DNA of 62,916 nucleotides, filler included, from Hyphochytrium catenoides (taxonomy: Eukaryota; Protista; Hyphochytriomycota): assembly GCA_900088475.1 (NCBI GenBank). It is 18 parts of 18 records of this genome, joined end to end, with 100 filler letters (N's around TTAATTAATTAA, not from the genome) between each part and the next. Parts side by side here need not be neighbours in the genome. Positions count along the whole stretch, not along the records: positions 1 to 2,894 come from FLMG01000936.1; positions 2,995 to 4,294 come from FLMG01001576.1; positions 4,395 to 6,910 come from FLMG01002993.1; positions 7,011 to 11,522 come from FLMG01003972.1; 14 more parts are not named here. The stretch is one strand, 5' to 3'. Below are positions 1 to 11,341 of the stretch, piece after piece. A model generated the notes under the pieces. The model saw only the letters and a program-made list of their open reading frames with translations, was not told where the DNA came from and did no database searches. Positions within the stretch are counted from its first letter, which is position 1. The number at the start of each line of letters is the position of its first letter. The translations under genes were made by a program, and so were the position numbers.

Positions 1-518
1 TCCCGCCTATTAGAGAGAAATGTAGTCAGTGAAGCTTCTGAGGGGTCTTCGAACTAAGGCAAGGAGAGAGAGCTCTAGCATCCATTACTGTCACAAAGAA
101 GGAGAATCTCCATAGCGGTCTCAAAAGCAGAGCTGCTAGGACGACTAGAAGAGTAATGGCTTTCCAGATCATGGCCTAGTAATGTAGTGAAGAGAGAGGG
201 AGAGACAGAGAGAGAGAGAAAGAGTGAGAGAGCGAGAGAGAAAGAGTGAGAGAGCGAGAGCGAAAGAGCAAGACAGCCACCTAGGATTCTCCCTATTGGC
301 TGATGGTATACGCGGAAGAACCATACACTGCTTGGTATAGTCTGCCCTGTTCTTCACCTGGTATGGAAGTGATCCCCAGAAACGTGATAGGCAGAATGTA
401 GGTCAGTGGGTGAGGTCCCAACCAGGGCTAGAAGGGCATGGGATGTCGTATGTTCACCGGCAGGAGGGCCTCGCGACCTTTCAAGAGTGATAGTTATCAA
501 GCCAAGAAGAGGAACTGC

Positions 519-1347
519 TCAAGCCACTAGCAGAATGAGAACAAGTGAGGGGCATTTGTTCGGCTCTAGTTCCAACCTTACCTCTTTGATGTCTTCTCCG
601 ATGATGCGATATATAAACTCATCCCATAAATAATATGCGTGGGAGGAAGGCATCCTCTTCATCGGGTTCATCCCCATAGGAATTTCCACGTCTCTCACCC
701 GCTCGTACCTATTCCCCAGCTTACTGATGGGACTGCACATTGATCAAGATGTCCAAGGAGCCGTGGTGTGAGAGAGAGTGGGAATAGAGAGTGAGAGAGA
801 GAAAGGGAAATACACAAGGAGCAGCGTCATTGAGAATAAGAAAGAAAAGGCGAGAAGGCAAGATTAATTTCCCAAAGGAGGTACAGGTCAAGGATAGCAA
901 ATCTAAAAGGGTGGGAGAGATGTGGAGGACAGATTGTCCAAGAGGTCAAGCGTTTGACTCAAAGCCCCTCTCCCCCAAAGCGGGTCATTCCTAATGATGT
1001 CTTGCTTCTCTTGACCAGACTCCTAACGTTTCTTAATCAGGTCTCTTATTCTTACCCGACGACAATATCAGAGGGATAGTAGAAGTTGGTCCACTTCCAC
1101 TCTCCAAACCAGCTGTCAGAAAGGTTGGCTTCTAGCGCATCTTCATGGTCATGACAGGGATAAAACCAGGAGAAAGGGGAGCCCATTGTATAGAGATGTT
1201 GCAAGCGAGAGAGGAGAGAGTGTCCTTCTTCTCCCAGAGAGACGAGAGATGAAGGAGGAAGCGTATCGCTGTTTATCAGCTTTAGAAACTCCGTGGTCAC
1301 TACTGTGCCCAGTGAGTGGGCCAGGATGATCAAGAACGAGTTGGGTC
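519..1347 (-). CDS. Alpha/beta-hydrolase (lipase-like), spliced, partial
   Basis: Exon 1347-1056 encodes LIILAHSLGTVV (nucleophile elbow), LYTMGSPF and WTNFYYPSDIVVG. A GTAAG...TGCAG intron (1055-733) joins it in phase to PISKLGNRYERVRDVEI...SSHAYYLWD, completing a Ser-Asp-His triad. Further exons are likely upstream (to ~2.8 kb) and downstream (~357). Confidence 0.72.
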
Positions 1348-2894
1348 CTGAGACAAGAGACAGGAGATCGAGCATAAGCAACAATAAAGGAAAGAACGAA
1401 AGTCAGAGGCAACATGCCACCAAGACAAGCTTTGGCAGCCGAAGATGGAGGCCGAAGACAACTCATGGCTGCCAACTCTCTAGTCCTAGCACAATAGAGT
1501 AGGACGAGTAGACAGCATCGGACTCAAATCCCAGTTTGCGAAGGAGCAAAGACTGCAGGCAAGGTTTTTTTCCAAAGGAGATATGGGTATACGGAGCAAG
1601 ACGAAGACGATGGGGTTGTGTATGAGAGAGAGAGAGACTAGTAGACGATCTGATTCCCACCTGCTTCGTGCGCGAGAGAGCGGAGTTGCAAGCAGATCGT
1701 GTTATGGACCTCTGTCCGGTACTCCATGTCCGAGAAATAGCGCATCAGCACCACAGCGTCCAGTAGAGTCAACTCGCGTAGGGCCCTAGCGGAGGAGAGA
1801 ATAGAGTCACTCATTTCTGATGAGGTCGGTTGGATATAAGCAAGAGTGATTGTTTGAAGGATGCATGGGATGAATATAGAAGTCTAAGAAAGAGATAAGA
1901 AAGAGAGAGAGGGTTGGGAGAGAGTGGGAAAGAGAGGGAGAGAGTGGGAAAGAGAGGGAGAGAGAGAGAGGGAGAGAGAGGGAAGGGGAAACAGAGAGAG
2001 ACATAGAGAGAGAGAGAGAGAGAGGGATAGAGAGAGAAAGAAAGGAGAGAGACAGAAAGAGACAAAGAGAGATAAAGGGGGCCCAAGGAAGTTGGCCCTA
2101 CGATGGAGCAAGCGATATAGAGCGGCAAGAGAAGGCTCAGATAACGCCAAGCTTGCGTGGGAGATTAAAGCGACGTAATCAGAAGCTCCAAGTGGCCGAA
2201 AGGCAAGGATGGGGAACAATAGGAAGAGAGTGAGAGCGTTGCTTGCGTGAGAGGATAAAAGGCGTAAAAGAAGGAAGAGAAGCAGAGAGGGAAAGAGAGA
2301 GAGACGTAGGATACAAACGAGAGTCGGTTACATTGGAATCTTGGTCCTGTCAGATATTTCAGAAAAGGATGCTGCTTGCTTTTGGCCCAAATGTGCCGCA
2401 TAGTCTACGGAGCGGTAGACCACATCGCCGGGAAAGAGACTTCATACCAAGAGCGAGAGCGAGAGAGGGAGAGAGAAAGGTTACTTGGTCGAACGTGGGA
2501 CCTTTTACAAAGGAACAGTAGCTGGGGATAAAGGACAGAGCAGCAGAGAGAGGCAGAGCAAGAGAGAGAGAGAGACAAGACTGACACAAGTGAAGAGAGA
2601 AAGTCTGAGAAGAATTGGAGATACAGTCAGGAAGGAGTCAGAGGATGCCGATCACGTAGGACAGAACGAGAGAAAACGCAGACCCAAAAGAAGAGGGTAA
2701 TGAAAAGAGAAGGAAGAGCGAAGAGAGAGAGAGAGAGAGAGAACAACAAGCAGGAGCACAGGAAAGCAACGCCAAGGACTGCAGAGCGCTAGCAATCTTC
2801 AAGGAGTAATTAAAGATAGAGGAATTTTTGAGGAAGGAGAGACAGAGAAAGAGAGACCTGGTGACATGACGTGAGACTGCATCCTCGACAATGA

Positions 2895-2994
2895 NNNNNN
2901 NNNNNNNNNNNNNNNNNNNNNNNNNNNNNNNNNNNNNNTTAATTAATTAANNNNNNNNNNNNNNNNNNNNNNNNNNNNNNNNNNNNNNNNNNNN
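2895..2994. other. Artificial contig linker (44 N + TTAATTAATTAA + 44 N), first of 17
   Basis: Identical 100-bp linkers with a six-frame stop start at 2895, 4295, 6911, 11523, 13463, 16231, 18898, 26371, 27630, 32973, 45212, 47725, 49471, 53015, 54511, 56151 and 58497. Genes and TEs are cut abruptly at these points. Confidence 0.98.
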
Positions 2995-4294
2995 GGAGTA
3001 GTCTTGGGTGGCCTTCAGGTAGGTGAAGATACGTTTGAGAGCCTCCCAGTGAACGTGGCGGAAGTTAGTGACGTGTTGGCTCACAGCTTGTACCGCATAA
3101 AGCGATATCAGGCCGCGTGCACACATTGATATACAGCAAGGAACCCACTGCTTGACGATAAGGGGTGCGAGCCAACAGGTCAGCGCCATCATCAGAAAGA
3201 GGAATGGTAGAAGCTTTGGGCAAGTACGTCTTAGGTACCGCCGGGATAAGAGTGGGGTAGGCATCAGGTAGGTTGAAGCGCTCCAAGATCTCGGTAATAT
3301 ACTTCGACTGCCGAAGGTAAATCTTCCTAGCAGCTCGATCCCGCTTTACTTGGATGCCCAAGTAATATTCTAACTCCCCCAGATCGGTGATGGAGGAACG
3401 AGCAGACAGCATAGTCTTGAGACCTGCAATTTGTCCGGTGGTGGGAGCAAAGAGGAGCATGTCATCCACGAAGACGCCGACGATCTCAAGGTCCTCAGTC
3501 TTGAAGAGTGGCGCTTGACGTATACCCCAAAGTCACAAACGCTGCGCTGGAACCCTTGCTCATCAGATAATGGTGCAGCGCGTCATTCCACATCTTGGGG
3601 CTCTGGCGGAGACCATATATCGACTTCTTCAACCTCCAGACGTGATCTTCTTGTCCAGGGGTTGCAAATCCCGGTGGTTGACGCATGTACACCTGCTCGT
3701 CGAGATTACCGTTCAGGAAGGCGGTCTTGATATCGACGTGATGAACTTCTAGGTCCAGCGTTGCAGCGAGCGAGAGAAGGCAACGGACAGTGTCATGCCC
3801 TATCACTGGAGCAAAGACCTCGCTAAAGTTAATACCTTGCTTCTGTCGATTGCCAAGAGCGACTAGACAGGCCTTGTACTTGTCCACTGAGCCATCGCTA
3901 TGCAACTTGACCCTAAAGATCCATTGAGAGCCGATAAGATGAGCGCCGGGAGGTGGGGACTAGATCGTAAACCTCATGGGACTGCACTGATGTAAGCTCC
4001 GAGGTAATGGCGGCTAGTCTTGGAATAGAAGGGTCACTTTTTCCCCGTGCATCGTCATTGTCCGAGGAGTAATAGACGGTTCCATTGGTCAAACCAATAC
4101 GTCTCACTTGCTCTTGTGAGGTTAACTTTGCAATGTCCTTGACCACTGAAGGACTGAGAGTGTAAGCTCCATTCGAGGTAAACGACACTGCTTCACCAGA
4201 GGAGTCTTGGATGTATTGTCCAATAGAGAGAAGATGCTTTGGAATGCCTGGTGCATAAAGCACATTCGGCAGGTAGAGAGGGGCGGTAGCTCTA
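2995..4294 (-). mobile_element. Ty1/Copia LTR retrotransposon pol fragment (end of protease region plus RT), frameshifted
   Basis: RVT_2 motifs are spread over three frames: KYKACLVALGNRQKQGINFSEVFAPV, DIKTAFLNG, VYMRQPPGF, RLKKSIYGLRQSPKMWN, FVDDML, DLGELEYYLGIQV, YRQAVGSLLY...TRPDIA and HWEALKRIFTYLKAT. Upstream NVLYAPGIPKHLLSIGQ is typical of the end of the Copia protease region. Confidence 0.95.
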
Positions 4295-4619
4295 NNNNNN
4301 NNNNNNNNNNNNNNNNNNNNNNNNNNNNNNNNNNNNNNTTAATTAATTAANNNNNNNNNNNNNNNNNNNNNNNNNNNNNNNNNNNNNNNNNNNNTCGGTG
4401 CAACTATTAGCAAAGTTTCTCTCTCTCCGGTGACTTGCCGCTGTGGTGTTGAGCTCTCTCTCTTGTTCTTTCTCTCTCTCTCGCTGGTGATGGTCTTTCC
4501 TTACTATACTACGCTTTAAAGGCTTCCGCTCTTCCTCTACGCGCCTTCTCGGTAAACTCTCACAACCAAAGCTGTCGTCTCAGTTGCTGATTTTTCTCAC
4601 TTCCCTTCTCTCTCTCCAG

Positions 4620-5202
4620 CTACTATGTGAACAACGACTATCTAAACGAGGAACTAATGGAGAACCCTCCGGAGAAAGTGGATCTCTCTCTCCTGCGGAG
4701 GAGCATCCTAGCAGATAAGCCAAGGGTCACAAGATTCCCTATAGGTGAGGTTTCTCTCTGCCTCTCTCTCTTCCTCTCTCCCTCTCGATGACCTGCTCTC
4801 TTGTCACACATTCCTACCTGTCTCTCCACGTGGTCTGCATCTCTTTTCTCTTCTTTCCGGAAGTCTTCTCTATCACATTCGATTCTAGTACTCTTTCCCT
4901 CTTGCTCTTCTTTCTCCCCTTCTCTCTCTCGCCTTCTTTCTTCATCTTTGCCATTCTCCCTTCAATCCAGACTTGGCCTAACTCGGGTCCTCCTTTGCTA
5001 CTTTTCAGACTGGAACCCCAGCAGTGGCGGGGACAGCCATCTGATGGATGAGGCAGACGAAGCAAGAGCGAGAGAACTGGCAGAGAGACCGGACGACCTG
5101 CTTCTCTATGAAGAGGAGGGAGAGGAGGAAGAAGAGGACGAAGAAGAAGAGGACGGAGAGATGGAGGACGAAGAGATGGAAGAAGACATGCTCCTCGACT
5201 GA
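4620..5202 (+). CDS. ASF1: Histone chaperone ASF1, last two exons (5' part missing)
   Basis: Exon 4620-4744 encodes [46 protein letters not shown] intron (4745-5008) joins it to DWNP... plus a long acidic tail ending TGA at 5202. This matches the ASF1 C-terminal core pattern YYVNNEY...ENPP...RNILA..PRVTRF.I.W. Confidence 0.93.
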
Positions 5203-5712
5203 TTTATTGTGCCTGTAACATTAATGCCCAGTGTCCAACCTTTCCACCCTTACCATCATATCTCCCTTCTCTCTAGCCTTAAAGGCATCTCTCTCGCCTT
5301 CTGTTACCTGGCCGCTTGCTTGAGGCCATTCTTCTCTTCGTTCTTCTCTTCTTGCATCGCTCTCCCTCTCTCTCTCTCCTCATCTCTCAGAGCTCCCTGG
5401 GCACACCCGTTCTAGTCTTCCGTCTTTCCAGCTATCGGCGGCCTTTTCCCCTGCTGTTAGATCTCGTACGCATGCTCAGAGGAGACATGGGGGCTACCTC
5501 TGCCCTTATTGACATTACGAAAGAGGAGGGAGAGAAAGAGAGAGCGGAGAAGGAAGAGCGAGAGAGAAGAAATTGGAATCATGACTGACGATGTACCTGA
5601 TCAAAACAGACAAGATGAGACAGCAGGGGCAGGAGGAATCGCAACTGTGAAAGAAACATAGGGAGAAAAGAGAGAGAGCGAGAGCAGCTGACTTGATCCG
5701 ACGTTATTACTT

Positions 5713-6631
5713 TTAGGTGTAGATGACGAGGAAGACTAGCACAAAGAGGATCGCGGTCAGGATGAGGATCCCGGAGAGCTGGCAGCGATCTGCAATGGAA
5801 GCAGAAGAGAAGCCGTAAGAATCTTGTCTCGCTCCTTCTCAGTTAAGAGACCAAGGGGAAAGTGATGGCCAGGCCCGTAGCCAGGATGATAGAACGAGCC
5901 CAAAAGAGGCGAGGCGGGGCCATACAATGGGGAGAACAGCCTTGACAGAGCCCACAGAAGAGACACCGAGAGCGGTTGGAAGAAGTGGCGAAGGAGCAGC
6001 TGCAGCGCTCACCTCTCGTCTTAAGCATTTTGCTCATGTTCTTCATGACGAAGTTCATCTTTTCATGTGCCTCGTCCATATCTTCCGACAGGTCATCCAG
6101 CATCCTGCAATTGCAGCGGGAGGAGGTAGCATTAGCACTCGATTTGTCCAAGGCTATCGTGTTAGCGACAGAGAGACAGAGAAAGAGACAGACAAAGACA
6201 CGCACAGGTAGGGGCACGGAGAGGACAGCCTGAGAGAGAAGAGAAACAGAGCTCAATCAATCATGAGAGCACTGGACGATATTCAATCGCGAGGGAGAGA
6301 GAGCAGCCCCTCAAGACTAGCTCCGGGCAATCTTATGCTGTGTGCCCAGCCTTTTCTTTCAAGCCACCGCTACCTCTCCCCCACCCTACGACTCTCTTCA
6401 CTCTTGATCGTCCTTCTCCCCTTCTTCCTTCTCCTGTCTTCGCTCTCGCTTCTCTCTCTCTCTCTCCCCCTCTCCCACGCTCAACCTCTCTCTCTCTTTC
6501 TCGAATCTTTCTTCCTCTCTTGACCTGTTCTGTTGGTGGATCTCGACGTTAATTTCTTTGGCCATCCCTCCAATCTTCTTCACGTCATTGACCAGGAGCT
6601 CCAGGCCCTCGTCTTGCTGCCTGAGGATGGC
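5713..6631 (-). CDS. Qc t-SNARE, syntaxin-6/SYP61/Tlg1-like, last three exons
   Basis: Three exons join in phase: 6631-6525 (AILRQQDEGLELLVNDVKKIGGMAKEINVEIHQQNR), 6104-6013 (MLDDLSEDMDEAHEKMNFVMKNMSKMLKTR) and 5789-5713 (DRCQLSGILILTAILFVLVFLVIYT*). This gives a SNARE helix plus a C-terminal TM anchor. Confidence 0.88.
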
Positions 6632-7298
6632 CTGCAGCAGAGGCAACAGCATCGACCAAAAGGATGCTCGTTAGAAGTGACGGCGAAAGAGAAAGAGAAA
6701 GCCTTGATCATGAAAGCCAAACCCCTATCCCTAACTGTACGAGAGCCGGAGAGGTTTAGGTGAGGACAGAGGTAGGCGCCCAGGTAGATATAGGGCAGGG
6801 AGTGCCAACAAAAAAAACGTTACTCCCACGTCTCTCTCTCTCTCTCTCTCTTCTCTGTCGCCGGTTGGCCCACTTTGCAGCGCGGCTCTTTCACCATGAC
6901 TGACTGTTTCNNNNNNNNNNNNNNNNNNNNNNNNNNNNNNNNNNNNNNNNNNNNTTAATTAATTAANNNNNNNNNNNNNNNNNNNNNNNNNNNNNNNNNN
7001 NNNNNNNNNNGGATCTCCATACCTTCACTTCTGGCCCTGGGGTGATCTTTATTACTTGATGGGCAAAGACAGGCGACTGTAGCATTTCACTGGGTCTGCA
7101 AGTTGCAGGCGTGAAGCTTGGGGGAGCTTCTCCACATTATACGCTACAGAGCATCATCATTCATTGCCATAATCTTCAAAAGCACTCATTTCTTCACAGG
7201 AATCCCGAGCCTGATATCTGGCGCCAATAGCCACGATTCAACAGGGCCTCTGTTCTGCTCAGTCAGACTCAAAGCAGCCTCCAAAGCCCCACATTAGG

Positions 7299-9057
7299 AT
7301 GGATCTCCTTTACAGTGAGGAAGAAGGAGAACGCTATGACGATAACTCTAGCCGAGGTGACTCTCAGTCCTCAGAGTCAGCCGGTAAGGAGAAGAGAAGA
7401 CCCGAGGGCAATAAAGATCGAAGCGATGACGATAGCGGATTAGAGGAAATACCCGGTACTGCTGAACCCTGCCCTTCAGTAGCCCAGTCAGAATCCGATG
7501 GATCTGGCGACCTCTTGAAGAACTCTTATGCTTCAGATTACAATGAGACTGACTACTCGGATGACGACAACCAGCAGTATAATCGATGGCCGAATGAAAC
7601 TCAACATGAGGACGACGACTTGCTTAGCCACAGCAAACAAGCCAAACCTCCTAATAGTAAGAGTACAAGTTCGGTCAACCATTCCCCAGGTATAAACTAT
7701 TTCAGTCCGTTAAGATTTTACCGATACCCAAACTCACTCGCTCGTGCTAAGCCTTGCGCAGCGGCCAACCTCCCTCTGAACAACCTGAGATAGTGGCAGC
7801 TACGCAATATGTGGATTCCGTATCTAATAAGGTTCCTAAACGAGTCAAAACAGGACTAAGGCCAGACCGCCAAAGGGTCCCGCCTTCCAACCCGAAGCGA
7901 TTCAAGTTTACAAGTGACATTAGTACGTCTCCTTTACCTTTGACCCCAGTTTTCCTCACAACTAAGCCCCTAATCTGCAATTGGTAGAGTATGATGTCAT
8001 ACTTGCAAAGCTTGCGATTGAAGTCCGACTATACAAAAATGAGCACGGAAAGACAGAGGAGAAATGGCTGTCAGTCACATCCAAGTGTCAGCGAGCTGAT
8101 CCTTCGATGGTCGTGACTTCAAGTGCCTGTCGAAAGCGGTGGAAGGAGCTGATCACTGCCTACAAGCAGAAGAGAGCGTCCGAGAAACGAGCATCTGGAG
8201 TGTCATTACCTCAACCATCAGAAGTCGACAGACTTTGTGAGGAGTTTCTAACCCTAGAGAAGGACGAGAAGGTCTGATGAATAACCAAGGCGAGGACAGT
8301 GAGTTAGGTAATCTCATCTTTTGTACACAGGCCAGAATTGAACAGTCCAAAGCACAAGATAAAGAGAACGAGGCAGCTAAGAAGGCGATGGACCTTGCTA
8401 GGGCAGCTAGCCTATCTAGGATGATTAATGTGTCTAATCTCACTGAGAAGGATTTCCCCTCATCCAGCAAGAAGACAAACGAAGGCAAGGAAAATCAACC
8501 AGTAGAAGAAAAAGGAGGAGTTGATAGAGAAGTCAATCCAACGCCAGTCGTGCGGAGGAGGAGGTCTGCTGTCACTAAAGTAGGGTCCACGCCCTCTCAG
8601 AACTCATCGTCAGAAGAACGGTAAGTATTTTTAAGCATAGTAGGTTTGTTGCAAATTTCTAATCTAAGGCTCAGCCTAACACTTACGTGTTCCAAGGTTT
8701 TATCTTCGGAGATTAGAGCTCGAAAAGCAGCATATTGAACTACAAGTTATTGCACAGGATAATAGAAAGGCTCAGCTCGAACTAGAAAAGGAGTTCAAAG
8801 AGAAAGAGCTCCGAAGACTATTAGCAAAGGAGGAACGAGAGTTTGAGCTTCGTAAGACAAAGGAGCTTCGAGAGTTGGAGCTCAAGAGAGCAGAGCAAGA
8901 GCGAGCATATGAACTTCAGAAGGCAGAATTGGAACTACGCCGCCAAGAGATTGAAGCTCGCAACAGAGAAGCGTTAGCACGTGCTAATGAGGCCGAGACA
9001 AACAGGAACTTCTTATCACAGGTGTTGACCAAGCTAATGGAAGCTAAGCAGCTGTAG
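7299..9057 (+). CDS. Myb/SANT-like (trihelix) DNA-binding partner protein of the transposon, spliced
   Basis: KRFKFT...YDVILAKLAIEVRLYKNEHGKTEEKW...ACRKRWKELITAYK...EKRASG, preceded by an acidic N-terminus and followed by a coiled-coil C-terminus. Introns 8272-8330 and 8621-8696 restore the frame exactly. Two more ~60-bp introns are inferred near 7690-7751 and 7923-7987. Confidence 0.8.
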
Positions 9058-9432
9058 GAACGGTATGAACATCGAAGTAGGTAGAGAAGCTTTCTAGTAC
9101 TTGCTGCAGATGACGTAAATAGCAAAAAATAAATAAAGTCATTTTTGTGGGCCCAATATGCCTTTCTGGGCTGCGGTAGTCCTTGTCTCTTCTTACTTTT
9201 CCAGGTCTATCATCGATTTATGCTAGACTCCTAACCGCTAGATGTTGCTCTCAGCTGTCATCGGTCAAGGATCTCCCGGATGATGCTATTCCATGGAGAA
9301 GTATTTCGTTTTATAATCATTGTCTTTCTATCGATTCTCAAATGAGCAAACACGAGCATAGTAGATCATGCCTTGCCCACAGTCACTGTGTGATATTACG
9401 CATATTACGTCATATAGACCCAGCAAGGCTTA

Positions 9433-10875
9433 TTAATAATCTTCGAAGATTGGGCTGACAGTTCCGTTTGCCATTCTGATGTCTTGTAGCCTTCCTCGTG
9501 TGTGGCGGGGTTCGTCTCTTCCCCTACGACGGAGGGAATAATGTAAGTAATCGTCTAGGCTTGGTGGCTTACAATCAAAGTAGATGGCAGTCTGATTGTG
9601 GGCTCCGTTAGTCACACAATTATAGCAGTTTGCTAGCAATGTAGCCACTGCGTACATCTTGCCGATTGGTGAGAGGAAGAGCTTCAGCTGTCTTTTAAAG
9701 TCCACAGCCTGAAAGAGTTGCGTAACGTCTTTGAAGGACCACTCCACGCACTGTCGCAAAGAAGACATCCGCCGGTTCCACTCCTGCTCTTCAGGGGTCA
9801 AATACGCTGAAGAAAATGGTGAACAAATGACATCATCAAGCCCATAAGCCGGATCTCCATAAACGACATGCTGTACTGCACCCGTGTGGCTTCTGAAGTG
9901 CTCCTTCATAATAGTTTTGAGTCCTGACATCTCAAGAATGGTTATGTCGTGCCGGTTACCCTCTACAGGGCCAAACATGTGACAGATGATACCATCGGGA
10001 GTAGTGAGGCCCTGGAACTTAATAGCGTGGGTCCTCTTGTGACCATTGTAAAAGAGGCCCTGCAGCAAAACCGGGCGACACATTGGCCTGACTGTACCGT
10101 CAATATATCCCCAACAATTGTCTAAGGGAGATCCTTTCCGCCTAGACGCAGCAGCAAACGTAGACACTGCCTCTGTAAGGCGGGCCACATCCAAGCCCTC
10201 CAGGAGATGATAGTACTTGTCGTAAAGGTAGTCCAGGATCCAGAGAAATATACTACAGCACCAGCTTTCCGTCTTCCCAAACTCAAAAGCTAGTTGCGTA
10301 TAAGTATTTGGAAACGATAGTCTCCTGAGCAGAAGGAGCAAAGCTGTTTTGCCTTGAGCTATGCAGCGGTTTGGGGTGCAAATCTTATCCGGAATTTGAA
10401 GTCCAGCGTAGAGAGCAGAGAACTCCTCCTTGGTAAATCGAAAAAACCGTCGAAACGTCTCAGAGTCAAAGGACTGTGTGAGAAAGCTTAGCGTCCTAAA
10501 AGCCCTGGGTGGACGTGGGCGTCTCGATGCTTCTATCTCCTGGGTCATCCTGATGCGTCTATTTAGAGTAAGAAGCTTTTGCTCCAGACACTCTAGTCCT
10601 TCCATTAAGACTTTTTCTTCTATTCTTGCGGAGCCACTAAACTCAACCTCAGTCGTAGCCCCTCCGAGCAGTCCCACATAACTTACTGGCATGTCACCCA
10701 TGCTCGCCCTCGTAATGATGCCGCCATCGGTGTCTCCACCTTGCATGTCTTCTTCGGAACATTCTGAGTTTAATGCGCGGAGACAGCGAAGGCGAAAGAG
10801 TAGACTATCATACTCAAAAAGGAGAATCCTCCTCCATTTATGCAGTTCCTCGTTGTCACCAATGCCGTCCGCCAT
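9433..10875 (-). CDS. Harbinger/HARBI1-like DDE transposase (DDE_Tnp_4), 480 aa, uninterrupted
   Basis: FRRFFRFTKEEF, HTH region ALLLLLRRLSFP...EFGKTES, CWGYIDGTVRPMCRP, FYNGHKRTHAIKFQGLTTPDG, GPVEGNRHD, VYGDPAY and WNRRMSSLRQCVEWSF. The catalytic D/D/E positions are present. Confidence 0.95.
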   Translation of the reverse strand: MADGIGDNEELHKWRRILLFEYDSLLFRLRCLRALNSECSEEDMQGGDTDGGIITRASMGDMPVSYVGLLGGATTEVEFSGSARIEEKVLMEGLECLEQKLLTLNRRIRMTQEIEASRRPRPPRAFRTLSFLTQSFDSETFRRFFRFTKEEFSALYAGLQIPDKICTPNRCIAQGKTALLLLLRRLSFPNTYTQLAFEFGKTESWCCSIFLWILDYLYDKYYHLLEGLDVARLTEAVSTFAAASRRKGSPLDNCWGYIDGTVRPMCRPVLLQGLFYNGHKRTHAIKFQGLTTPDGIICHMFGPVEGNRHDITILEMSGLKTIMKEHFRSHTGAVQHVVYGDPAYGLDDVICSPFSSAYLTPEEQEWNRRMSSLRQCVEWSFKDVTQLFQAVDFKRQLKLFLSPIGKMYAVATLLANCYNCVTNGAHNQTAIYFDCKPPSLDDYLHYSLRRRGRDEPRHTRGRLQDIRMANGTVSPIFEDY

Positions 10876-11139
10876 CGTACTTTATGCTGTCATCAACAAA
10901 ATATTTGACGCAGAGAAGCGAGTCCGCTGACAACAAGCAGCTACATAACAATCTCTGCTCTGCAAATGAGCTCACAAATTCTCTGCCGCGAGAAGCGCGT
11001 TAATACCACTACTAGTCTTAGGGCATAAAGGGTTATAAAACAAACGCTACGAATCTTCTCATCAGTTCCATCATCACTGAAACGTTTCCTTAGTTTTCGA
11101 TTACTTCACATTACTTTCCAGAAATGTTTCATCAGGTTG

Positions 11140-11341
11140 CTTTCGTCCATCCGGAGGAAAAGTGACGGCTTGCAGAACACTTTTTGCCACTTAAATCGGA
11201 CGAAGTGGTCGGTCTCAAATCGGACGAAGTATCAGAGGTTTCGTCCGTCCGATTCTCGTCCGTCCAGAATTTTGAGGCTTGCAGAAAGTCGCTATTGAAA
11301 GTGAAAGCTTGGTCCCAAGTCCGAGCTTTTAGAGGCATCCC
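11140..11341. promoter_or_regulatory. Subterminal repeated motifs and candidate right terminus of the transposon
   Basis: AAATCGGACGAAGT occurs twice, (T)TCGTCC several times in the opposite orientation, and GGCTTGCAGAA twice, all just before the junction with host microsatellite DNA. Confidence 0.55.

Larger units (their letters stand above)
7011..11341. mobile_element. PIF/Harbinger (PHIS) superfamily DNA transposon with two convergent genes; left end probably cut by the contig edge
   Basis: Contains a DDE transposase and a Myb/SANT-like partner gene arranged tail-to-tail. The interior is microsatellite-free. Repeated motifs at 11140-11300 are followed by an abrupt switch to (AG)n host DNA after ...TAGAGGCATCCC (11341). 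Confidence 0.85.

Noticed and set aside
2939-2950. TTAATTAATTAA recurring 17 times like a regularly spaced repeat or CRISPR-like array
   Set aside because: It is always centred between 44-N runs, so it is an artificial six-frame-stop contig linker.
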